A stretch of DNA of 64,000 nucleotides from Puccinia triticina (lineage: Eukaryota). Positions 24,117 to 35,270 of the stretch are shown here, one piece after another. Under the pieces are notes generated by a model that had not been told where the DNA came from, made no database searches, and was given only the letters and a program-made list of their open reading frames with translations. Within the stretch, counting starts at the first letter, position 1, and every line of letters begins with the position of its first letter. The stretch is from contig CP110439.1 of the NCBI GenBank assembly GCA_026914245.1, positions 7,440,001 to 7,504,000 on the forward strand, read 5' to 3'. The position numbers and the translations under genes are program-made.

Positions 24117-25480
24117 ACCAAAAAAGGCATAAAAACCACAAAAAAAAAAAAAAAAAACATTAAAACATGCAATAAAAACCAAAAAAAGTGCCCTGGTGGC
24201 CGCCAGTTTTTGTTCCGAGCAAATCGTGAGTTTCGGCGGTTGTTTGCCGTCAAACGGTGGACAAAAGTGGCTGCCCGCATTTGTGAACGGACTTGGGGTT
24301 GACGTCAAGTTCCCGCTCGGGTCGGCGGGCCGGAAGGTTTGCCAGCTGTTTGGCCGACTGCTCTCTGATGGGCGGGCTGACAATTCGGCCGTCAATTTGA
24401 CGGCTGACGCGGGGGCTGTTTTTTTCCGGTCAACAATGGCTGAGGGGGGACCGTCAATTTGACGGCCGAACTTGCGGCGCTTTTGACCGCGCTATGCAAC
24501 CGCCGTGTACCCTTTGGTCCGCGTGTACAATGTGCATCCATTGTTTTTGATTGACCTTTCAGGTGGAATTCTAGATCATCGTTGAACGCGGTGCAAACGA
24601 GTCTACTTGATATGCAACGACCGCTGATGATGGAGGTGGCAATTAAGAAAGCAGGCTATTCCGTATTTCTCTATTTCTGAGCACAGAAGCCGCTGTTGCT
24701 CCCCTTTGACACCAGAAAATAGAAACAGAGACCAGCAAATAGCCGGCTTTCTGAACCGCCGGGGAGTCCTCCAATGCCCCGAAAAATTCAAACATGGTAA
24801 CTGGTTAACTTCTGGCAAGGCCTGTTGCTTTCTCTTGAACTTTCCGTGTTGGTCGTTCTCCATGCTTCTTGGACATGGGCGGGGCCGGATGTGATCGGCG
24901 TTTTGCATGGCGCAACAGGCAGTGGGAGAACTGCAAGCAGGGGAGAAACGGCGGCCAATAATTTGCCCCACCAAAAAAATGCAAACCGGCTCACCTGATA
25001 ATTCCCACACAAGCCCCTCTTCCAGAGACGCGACTGCGCAAGAGGCGCCCGGCACCCGGCTCGGTATGAAAGGAGGGGCGTGTGTCAAGCTAGCACGAGT
25101 CTCCCGCCAGGCGGGACTTGTGCTACATACAAGCCAGCCACCCAGCTCCTTCGTGCACGCAACAGCAGCTCTCAGCCAAACGACTCACGTCTGGATTAGC
25201 CAGTCTAAAAGAACAAAAGCAAAGACAAAAAGGATCATGATGACGAAGACACAGATAAACAGAGACAGTGTATGTAGCATCCGAGTACATATATATATAA
25301 TATATAGATAGATAGATATATGTGTGAGTGTGAGTATTCGGGGAAGAGATAGAGCGGCATAAGTTATGTATATATATATATATGTATATGTATGTCCGTA
25401 GTGTTTGTGTCCGCAGCCAAAGACGCCCGCCCGGGCGCCGGGAAAACACGCGTGTGGGGGCCGTGTGCAAGGGCCCGCGA

Positions 25481-28400
25481 TCAGCCCTGGAAGCGGAGAT
25501 AGACGCGCATCAGGAAGTCCTACAAGCCCGCACAGAACAAGCCCGGAGAGCGTCAGATGGGACGGGGTGTGGCGAGGAGCAGAGAGAGAGAGGGGGGAAG
25601 GGGAAGACGGACCCTGGTCTTGTCCGGGTCGCCCGAGATAAGGTCGTTGAGCGAGTACCCTGCCAACCTACGAACCCGGGCGGGCCAAGGAACGAGCGTC
25701 AGCCCTGGACGAACACCAAAAAAAGGGAGAGAGAGAGAGAGAGAGAGAAGTACGGGATGTTCTGGGAATTGAGGAAGTCGAAGATAGCGAAGAAGACGTC
25801 GAAGTCGTCGTCCTTGAGCACGAGCGAGGGGCGATGGAGGTCGAGCTGGGTGAGATGGGACGCGCCGAGGAAGTCCCTGTCGGAGAGGCCGGAGTCGGCC
25901 CGGGTGAGGGCCTCGATGAGCCGGACGAGCACGTGGCCGTTGCGGATCGAGCCCGAGAAGTCCGAGGCGGTGGCGGACGTGCGGGCCCGGATCTTGTCGT
26001 TGATCCAGCCGAGCAATTCCCGGTCGGATGCCGAGAGCTCTTCGGCTGCACACACCAGCACGACGTCAGGTGGGCCGAACATAACCAGCAAGAGAGAGAG
26101 AGAGAGACTTACGAGACTCGGCGCCCGCTTTGGAAGGCGACGGGCGCTGGGTACTTCGCCGAGGCCTCAACGCGGCGCCGAGCTGGAGATCGTTGAGGTT
26201 ATGGTCGCCCGGGGACTTGGGGCTCTCGGCGGCGGCGGCGAGCCGATGGGCGGGAGACTGCAAGCCCATCAACACGGCCGCGTCTTTCTCCGACAAGACG
26301 TCCGGGTTGGCCGCCAGCCTTGCTTTCTGGACCCGTGCCCGAGAAAGCGGGGAGGGTGGACGGGGCGGGGGGAACATCTTCTGGGCCTCCTTGATGGGGA
26401 TGGTGCGGATGTTGCAGGACGAGATGACCGGAGCTGTGCAAGATAGCACCCATCTTCTGTCAGCGTTTCTATGGAAGAGAGGGTGGAGAAATTGGCGGCT
26501 CGGAGGTCGGGCAGGTTTGGCCGACGAGGTCTGCAATGCTCCTGGGTCTCCGCGGATGGCCGAATCCAGGCATCTAGAGCAAGAGATGTGAGAGAGGAGA
26601 GCTCACCGATCCAATCCCGGTCGATCGTCGCCTTCATCATAGCCTTCATCCAATCCCTGAGCAGCTTGGAGTCGTCGGCACTAAACAGATGGGTAGCCCC
26701 GTTATCGTGGATGATGCGGAAGCCGTAGCGGCCGGGATGGACGTCAGCGTCCATCACGACCTTGAACCCGGCGAGCTTGATCAGGCCTTTGATCCGGACC
26801 TCCTACACACATCCAAACCCGTCAGTATGAAGGCATCTCTCTGCAAGAAGGAAGAGGGGGGGAGGGTACGTTTTGGGCTTTGAGGTAGTACAGGTTGGGC
26901 CCTTTGAGGATGAAGTAGCGCAACTTCCACGTCGGATACTTCTCGCCCTTCTTGCGCATCCAGCCCATATGGTCGGGAGAGCCGATCCGCTCGAGCGCCG
27001 TCCGGGTCTCGCCGTCCCGCTTCCCGCCCTCGGCCAGCCCGGCCTCAGCCTCGGCGTCTTCCTTGGTCTCGTCGAGCGGGATGGGCGAGGAGATGGCGTG
27101 CTTGGATTCGGCGAGCGGGCTCAAGTGCTGGATCTGGTGCTGCGTCTGGCCCTGCACTTTCTCTTGTCCTCCCCCGCTGCCGCTGCCCCCTCCGCTGCCG
27201 AAATGGAACAAGGAGCGGCCATGGTGTCGGCCGTTCATCGACGACGGGTTGCCCGACGAACTGCTCGGCCGGCCCTCTCCTTCCCCATTGTTATTCGACG
27301 CAGTAACACTCACTCTGTCAAAACGACCCACACACAAAAAAAATAAGTCTATATTCCAAAAGATGAAAAAAGAGGGAACACTGACGGCGATTGGGAGCTA
27401 AGCTTAGGCGGCGGCTTGCGCACTCTCAGATTGCCCAAGAAGCTAGTACGAGACTTCGTATTAGCAGTGGGCGGGTCGTGCTGAGATTTGTCGGGAGTGT
27501 CGGGACTGATAGGCCTGCGATCGGGCGACTCGATCGAGTTTTTCTTGGTCTTGAGCGACGAGACGGCCGTCGTGGTGGCGGGCGGCTTCTGAATGCCGAG
27601 CTTTTTCTTCTTGACTTTCTTCGGCTTTTCCTACACACACACACACGTATAATGAGCAATAGGGAGGAGCAGTTGAAAAAAGTGAGGAGACGGACATCGG
27701 CGGGGATTTCAGGCGAGTCGAGCACGATGGGCCCCTCGAGTGTCCCGGTCTGATCCTTGACGGGCCCTGTCGCATCGTTCTCGTCGTGGGCTTCGGTGAC
27801 CGGCGTCCATGAAGAGGCTCGACTACGACGGGTGCTGTCCACGGTGGCCTTGGACTGGTTGCGTTGGTGGTTGGACTGCGGGCTGTCGTGGTTCGAGAAG
27901 GTGGCCTGACGGGGGCGGCCGGAGGCGGACGAGGTGCGCTTGTAGCCCGGAGGAAGCTGAAAAAAAAAAATGAACGTGTGTAAGTAACGATGGAATGAGG
28001 AGGAGGAGGAGAAAGACCGACTTGGTTGGACGAGGGGACAAGCTCGTCCCGACTCGAGTTGCTGTTCTCGTTCTCCTGACGACGATGGGAGCTGAAGCCG
28101 GACGCATCAGAGGGCCGCTTATTGTGGCTCTGGAGAGCGGAGGCCTTGGAGGTCGAGTCGCGGGAGGAGGCATGCTGTGCAAGCTCTTCCTCACGATCGC
28201 TGGCGTCTGCCGTCTGAGGGAGGTAGGCTTTCTGGTAGGGGAACGTGGAGTGGTCATGCTTGGCGGTCAAGCTGAGACGGCCGGCCTGGTGGTGGTGATG
28301 GTGGTGGTGCTGGTGGGCGAGTTCAGTGCGCGGGTTGGCGAGAGGGGATGGGTGGAGGGACGAATCGATGGAGGAGGAGGTGAGATGGATGGGGTCTGAG

Positions 28401-29544
28401 AGCGGCGAGAGCGGATGGGATTGCTTGTGGTGGAGCAGGTTCTTCTTCAGCTCTTCGATCGCCTTGATCACTCGGACTCTCCGTCCGAAGGCCGTCAGCT
28501 CGATCTCCTTCAACGCATTGACATCCAGCTCGAGCAGGACGTCCCCGGTGATCTCGTGCTCGACAAACTTGCCGACGGTGAATTCGTCGAGTCCTTTGAG
28601 CTTGGCCCATTCAGACACCTCGGCGACCGACCATTGGTCGGGGGAGGCAGACGAGAAGGAGGCAAAGCCGAGCGGCTTTAGCGATCGACTCTGGGAGGAT
28701 GAGAGGGAGCCGTCCCCGGGTCGGGCTCCAGCGCCTCCAGCGGATGAGGGGAAGGTGCTCGTGGCCGGGCTGGTGGGCTGGTCTTCGATGGAGATAAACT
28801 GCTCGACCCGGCTGCTGGAGCGGGAGCGAGAATCCTTAGCGGAGGATGAATCGGCGGTTGAGATGGAGGTCTTGGTATCCTGGAGAAGGACTGGCTGGGG
28901 AAGCTGAGAGAGTTGCTGATGTAAGAAGATACCGCTGCCGGTGCTGCAGGCTGAAGCTTGGCGTTGATGATTGTGGTGGTTCGAGTTGGAGGGGGTGGCG
29001 TTCAGGTTCTCCTGTGAGCGAGTGGTGAGCGAGTTCCTGGTTGTGGAGACGGCCACCTTTTCCGAGAGATGCTCCTGCGGGGATGGGGGCTGCTGATGGT
29101 CGGGGGCGGAAGCAGCAGCCGAGCTGAGGAGAGTAGTGGGGGTGGGGTGGAGGGAGACTGGTGGACGGAAGCCATCAGAGGGAGCACTGTTGGGGGGGCG
29201 GGTGTTATTGAGATCGGAGAATGTGGGCAGATTGGTGAACTGACTAGATTCGCGACTCATCCGGAGGGTGGAGGCGACGGGAGCGGAGGCCAGGTTGAAG
29301 TGGTCGCGCAGATCGAGGGCCAAGTCGCTGAGGATGCTGGAGGATGATGGCTTCTGGGGCTGGTGGCCTTTTGTGAAGGGTGGTTTGTCCTTCTCCTTGG
29401 GTGAGCCGGTGAGGCCGAGGGCCATGGCAGCAGCGGAGAAGGGCCCGGGCTTGAAGGCAGTTGGTTGACGGGTGGATTCGGATGAGGGCTGGGTGGAGAG
29501 CTTGGGGGCTGTCGGATGGGTGGTGGGTGAGCCAGATGGCTGAG

Positions 29545-29576
<32 letters not shown>

Positions 29577-30407
29577 TTGGGTTGCTGTTTTCCGGCAAGG
29601 GTGGAGCTGCGAGATCGACAGGATTTCTTGTTGTGGGTCGAGTTGGGCTCGTGATCATCGTCGTCAGTTTCGGCTCCGCTCTCTTCTGAGAGTTCCATGT
29701 CGCCGATCCCGGGGATGCTGATGAGGGAGTTGAGGCTGGTTCTGTGGGAGAGATGGATGTGGTTGGAGGCCGACTTGAGTTTCTCCATGACGGTGGCATG
29801 GCTGCTGCTAGATGATGCGTTGGCTTGTGCCTTCTGTGCTAGGATGGCGCGTGCTTTGGCCGGGTTGCTGTGGAGGCTGAAGTGGGTGGGCTCGTCAGCC
29901 TCGTCGGAGTGTTGTTGTTGTTGTTGTTGTTGTGATGCTGATGAGTCTGCGGTGGTTGGTGTGGGTGGGGGCAGTGAGCTGGATGAGCTGGAGGGGTGGT
30001 GGAGCTGGTCGATGGCATTCTGGACTTCGAAGAGTGTTTCGTTCATGGTGAGCTGTGGGGTTGGCTTGAGGACTGCTTCGGCTGGCAGGGTGTATGCCTG
30101 TGGGAACAGCCCATGCTGGCCTTTGGTGTTGCGCCCCTGGGAAGAAGGAGCAGAGTGAGTAGATGTTTTGGTTGCTGTTGTGGTGTGTTGGTTGTGAGCT
30201 GACCTGCCACCAGCCGTCGCCGTAGAGGTCGTCCTTCTCGGTTACCTCGATGGCCTCGCCAGCCGTGAAGGAGAGCTCGTCTGGGTTTTCGGCTTGGCTG
30301 TATGGATGGCAGGAGGGGTCAGTTTCTGGCTGTTTGGGTGGTTGTTTGTTTGTTTGTTTGACTGACAAGTCGTGTATTGCGTATACGATCGGATGTGGTT
30401 TTGCCAT
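25481..30407 (-). CDS. BOI1: Boi1/Boi2/Pob1-like polarity scaffold (SH3-SAM-PH) with a C-terminal CH-like segment; multi-exon
   Basis: SH3 (VYAIHD..AENPDELSF..DGWWQ|GRN..GLFPQAY); SAM (WSVAEVSEW..EHEITGDVLLELD..AFGRR); PH (GWMRKKGEKYPTWKLRYFILKG..WMKAMMKATIDRD); last exon DFLMRVYLRFQG* ends at 25481. Confidence 0.9.
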
Positions 30408-31077
30408 GATGGTGTGCTTCAGTTGCTCATCGGCTTGTTGGGTTGTTCGTGGTTTTTTGTGGTTTTTGGGTTGGTTCTGGGTGGGGCTGAGGTTGATCGG
30501 CTCCCCGGAGACTACCCACGGCCATGTGCTGCTCCCCTGAAGTCTGACGGCGCAGACAAACATCATTTTATCTGCGCTGTCAACTCACCGGCCCCCTCTG
30601 CCATCATCCAAACACAATTGCCACAGTGACAGGAGTCAGTATCAGAAACCCCCTGTTGATTTTGGAAGGCCAGAAATATATAAATATGCAAGTGACTTCC
30701 GGTCAAACCCAGACCTCAATTTACACACCCAAACTCTAGGAAAAAGGAAAGTGTTTTCCGCAGCCAGCAGTTTGTTGATTTCATGTGCGCTGTCTGTTGT
30801 TTTGGTAGTTGTCTTAATTTAGGAGAGGGCCATCTAGAGCTCTCTAAATGCCGACGGGAGCTATGGAAGAGCCTGCCACACTGCCAGTCTCAGCCAACAG
30901 TCCGCCCATAGTCGGCCCAGCATGCTGCGGTAACTCATACATGGACTGGTTGATCTCAGACTCATTTCAGATCGAATGGATGATGGGCTATATTAACAGA
31001 TATATATGGGGCCAAGGGCCGCCCGCCTGGCCACCGCGTGTGGCCGGATGGAAAAGCTGGGCAAGAGGATGTTGGGA

Positions 31078-33112
31078 TCAGATGGGCAGGCCCATCTGGC
31101 GACACGCAGCCACCAGGCCGTGTCGGCGCAAGGTCTTGTGCACGTCGGCTGGAAAACCGAGGGCTGGATCAGCAGCCGGTCTGTGCAGAGGCCGTCGGGC
31201 GGGGGGACTCACTTCTGTTCCGGAGGTCGCACACCGGCAGGTTGACCACGCAGTCCGCCGCCGGGTCCCTCGGGATCGTCCTGCGTGCGAAAAAACACGG
31301 CCAGCATCAGCCTCCGCGCCCCACAGCTACACACGTCCGGCCAGACGCACGTGTTCACCCAGGGGAAGTGCTCGAACCCCCCGTACTTCTGCTGGCAGGA
31401 GAGGGACGCATTCGTCAGGAACTGGGTCGAGAAGCCCAGCCGATTCTCGATCACGAACGCGTTCGGGAACCCCAGCTCCGCCTTGCCCTTGTCCTCGCTC
31501 ACCCGCACGATGTTGAACATCCTGCGCACGCTGCTTCAGTCTGCATGCTCTCCAACATCATTGGTCCTATTCACTCACGTGCCCGTCGGGTCGCAGTACG
31601 ACAGCTTGTCTTCTCCCTCCAGCGCCCCATTCGGCCCGTCGTGGTTGCAGACATCCTGTGTGTCCGCGCAAATCAGTTTCTGGATATGCCACTCGAAATG
31701 CAGCCCACTCACACTGCCGACGGTCACAAACGCGTCCTGGGGAAGCAAGAATCGTCAGATGATCATCCAGGTGCTCAAAGCCGGCTCGGAGTGCGCACCA
31801 TAGCCCGGAGGATCCGGGTGAGGAAGAGCGCCGTGGTCACGTTCTTGAGCGCGGTTTCGATCGCCGGCAGGAAGACGGGCTCCGGGGGCGCGATGTAGGT
31901 CCCGTTCCTCAGCATCTCCGCCATCCCGCCCGGCGCGCTGATGGGCGACGCGAGGATCTTGCGGGACTCTTCGGAGATGCCGTCGATCATCTTCTGCTCG
32001 TAGATCTCCAGGCCGTCCACCAGATGGGCCCACTGCCAAGAAGATGGTCGACATCAGTCTTCTGCAGCCAGACATCGTGCTCTTTCTCTCTCGTGGCGAG
32101 CTCACTTACTTCTGTGAAGGCATCGTGTTTGGCTTCCTTGGGAACAGGCAGCAAGCCGGCAGCCGCATACGACGCAGCAGTGATGACGTTGTTGAGGATG
32201 TTGAAGAACATGTTCCAGCCCAGCTGGGCGTTGTTGAACATGACCAAGATGTCCAGGATCAGCGTGTTGCAGACCATGTTGAACGCCCCGTTGACGCCGA
32301 AGTTGAGCTTCATCATCTGGATCATGCGTGGATCCATCGCCGGAAATCTGGATACAGGGAAAATGCTCAAGGCTCAGCCGAAAACACCAAGCAGCTTGGG
32401 GATGAGAGGTCACTCACAGGGCGGACAAGATTATAGATATGGTGGCTGGAGGATGTGCCGGATGTTCGTCAGCAGTCTTGAGAGAACCTTTGGAGGAAGG
32501 GTCCCGAGAACGGCTCTACCTTGGACAAAGTTGACCCCGTAGGACAAAGCGCGGACGATGGAGTTGGTCTGGACGTTCCATTGCTGCATCGCCATAAGCA
32601 CGTACCAGTCCGGGGCGGGGACGGGGAAGCATAGCTGGAGGGAGGAGGAGGAGCAGTCTCAGCCAATTGCGGATGCCAAGGAGATCTTCTCTTCGGGATC
32701 CCCCTACCTGGTTAGCGTTGCATTGGTTCCCGACACCGCAGTCGAAGTTCGGCGCGCCCTTGGACGCGGCGTATTGCTAGAGGGCCACCAGGGTCAGCCA
32801 TGGGCGAGACAAAGAGGGGGGACTCCTCGAACTTACCGCCACCGTGAGATGGTCGCCGCCGGGATAGGCGCGCAGATAGTCGTCCAAGTTGAGCGATTTC
32901 CAGGTGTCTCGAGTGAGGGGCAGGGCCTTGCAGGAGCCGTTGACGGGCGCAGAGGGGTCGCGGGGCGGGCCGGACGCTTGGGAGCCGGGCGCGGACGCCG
33001 GCGAGGAGGGGAACAGGCCGAACAGGCCCCTCTTCTCATGGGGGAGCGACTGGGCTTCCACACGTGCAGAGAGCACGGCCAGGCAGCCGCACAACAACAG
33101 CCAATCCCGCAT
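31078..33112 (-). CDS. Secreted Cys-containing protein of a rust-type family; multi-exon
   Basis: Signal peptide MRDWLLLCGCLAVLSARVEA; Kex2-like EKR; CKALPLTRDTWKSLNLDDYL; NFDCGVGNQC; C-terminus CVVNLPVCDLR..ACRQMGLPI*; canonical introns. I recall this as DUF7872-like but have not verified it. Confidence 0.8.
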
Positions 33113-33746
33113 TCAAGCCTTGCGATATATATAACTATAAATAAACGAACGAACGGGTCGGTTTCTCTGGGCGGGTGGAGTGGGCTGGGTGGGGGTGGGG
33201 TGCTGCTCAGCCCTGTGCGGTGTTTGCTTCCCTTTAGTACCCATGTCGAAGCAGCGGGCGAAACTCGAGCAGCGCCGTCGCATCCCCTGACACACGAAGC
33301 CGCCCGAATCTCTTGCCAGCTCCCTCTCCTTGTGTATCGGGACCCTGCTTGGAGTCTTACTTGTCGCAAGCTCCATATTGCAGGGGGGATACATACCCAC
33401 GCTCTTGGGTCGCACCTTGTCCGCTGGCAAGTATTCTCCGCGGGAGGCCCTTGAGCTGGGCAGCAGTTCCTGCCAAAATATGTGGGCCATGACGGCTCTT
33501 GTGGGGACCGCTCTGCGCCGGCCCGGGCCCTCAGGGGCTTCCGTTCCCACAAAACTGTGGAGAGGATGGATGGCACTTCAGCGCACACCAAAAGATCAAA
33601 GGCTGTTTCTGAAGCTCGGCTCTGAAGCAGAGAGCTCAACAAAGCACCAGTTTCCTTTGGTTGTTCAATCGTTTCTTTCGCACACAACATCAAAAAGCAG
33701 GCAGAGTCGGGGCGATGTACAGCTCAACCGCCTTGCAGGAAAACAA

Positions 33747-33833
33747 TGGAGTACCAGGGAGTCGAATCCTGTACCTCTCGCATGCTACTCAGCGCGATGC
33801 TAAGCGAGCGCTCTACCGATGAGCTAGAACCCC
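33747..33833 (-). tRNA. tRNA-Ala(AGC) with a 15-nt intron
   Basis: GGGGTTC acceptor stem with G3:U70; D-arm GCTC/GAGC; anticodon stem CTCGC/GCGAG with TTAGCA; intron after position 37; TTCGA T-loop; T-rich terminator downstream. One acceptor mismatch and A at position 53. Confidence 0.88.
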
Positions 33834-34078
33834 AAGCTGTATTTTCTCCCGGACATTTCCAGGTCATAAAGCCTTGCAAGCACCAGAAGCTGCTTCATGT
33901 TTTATATCGTCTCATCCCCAGTCATTCGTAGGGAGCCTTCCTGCTGCGAGCCTTCCTGCCGCTTTATGAGTGGATTGTGATTCTTTTGGAAATATTTAGG
34001 CAGTGAGGGACTACACTCAGAAGTCGTCTGAGGCCAACCCAGACCAGCTCCTGCACGTGAAGTCTCCAGGGCCTCCTC

Positions 34079-35173
34079 CACTACACCACGGCTGCAGCCA
34101 AACGTTTCAAAGCGGTTGCGAAGTGGTATTTGAAACGTTCACAATACAATTGGAAGGATACGTCGGGGCGAAGCCCCCACGGAAACCAGTTTGAGAAGTT
34201 CGGCCGAACGTTCAAAATAATGTTGGCATTCCGCTGTGGGAACGGAATGAAAACTAAATAGGTTGTGAGGTGGTTCTAAAAACTTATTCCGTTAACAGAA
34301 ATGTTTTTGAGAACCACCAAAACGTTTGCAAAAACCGCCATACATTATGGAAAACGTTTGCAAATACCGCTGAGGAGCAGTGCCAACCGACTCTCCAGCG
34401 GCTGTCGGAGCAGCAAAAGATGTACTCAGGCACGGATCGAACTGACAATCAACTCGATCCCACTGCCCTCCGGTGGCTGCTTACAGCACAAGCCACCAGC
34501 CGATATCTGAGGAGAGCTGTTGATGCTATATATGCTCTGTACCATTGGATTTTGGAGCTTTTTTTTCCCAAAGTCAATTTTGACTTTTTTCTTTTTTTTT
34601 TTTGGAGGATTGGGTTTTCTCAACCTCTCAGGTGGAAAAACAACCCTCCAGATTGGTTTTGCAAACTGACTCTGGCTTGCAAAAAGTTATGATAAACGTT
34701 TTGAAAAACGTTATCAGGACGTGAAAACGTTCACGGTTGTTGATTTCTTCCTTGAAACCTTCTTGGTTGTCATTTTCGTTTTTCAAACCGCTTGAAGTGG
34801 TAATTCAAACTATCTCGGTTGCACATAACGTTTGCCTGAACTAATTTGATTAAAAAAATCACATCTTAACTTTCACCCCAAGATAACGTTGTAACAAACA
34901 AAAAGTAACTCATAATGTTTGCAAAAACCATCCTCAAACCTTGAACGTTTGCGCGAACCAATTCAAAACCGCAAACGTTATTGGGAACTGAATCTAAACC
35001 TGAAACGTTTCTGGGAACCGGTTGCCAACCGGAAACGTTTCACAAGACCGTACTCTAACCTGAAACGTTTATGGAAGCCATATCTTAACCGGAAACGTTC
35101 CCAGGAACCGTTTTCAAACCTGAAACGTTTGGGAACGGTAGCAAGAAACTTTTCTTGCAGCCGTGGTGTAGTC
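34079..35173. mobile_element. Non-autonomous CACTA-type element (about 1.1 kb)
   Basis: TIR CACTACACCACGGCTGCA / TGCAGCCGTGGTGTAGTC (terminal base mismatched); 3-bp TSD CTC; many AAACGTT motifs, with a 33-bp period at 34935-35135. Confidence 0.85.
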
Positions 35174-35270
35174 CTCCGACGGATGATGGCTGTGGTGTGA
35201 CAGGTTGGCGGGGGCGGAGAGTGGCAGCGAGCCGCGCGCGGGCCGGCCACCCCCAGCCCCCACACCCTCG

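Larger units (their letters stand above)
13087..24507. mobile_element. 11.4-kb EnSpm/CMC-like DNA transposon with three genes
   Basis: TIR CACGGC(A/G)GTTGCAT flanked by TA on both sides; subterminal CCGTCAA(A/T)TTGAC palindromes at 13180-13330 and 24240-24470; encodes a fungal EnSpm-type transposase. Confidence 0.9.

Noticed and set aside
25382..33803. Many long plus-strand ORFs (e.g. 25382-26446, 31038-31898, 32558-33454)
   Set aside because: They are antisense shadows of GC-rich minus-strand genes.
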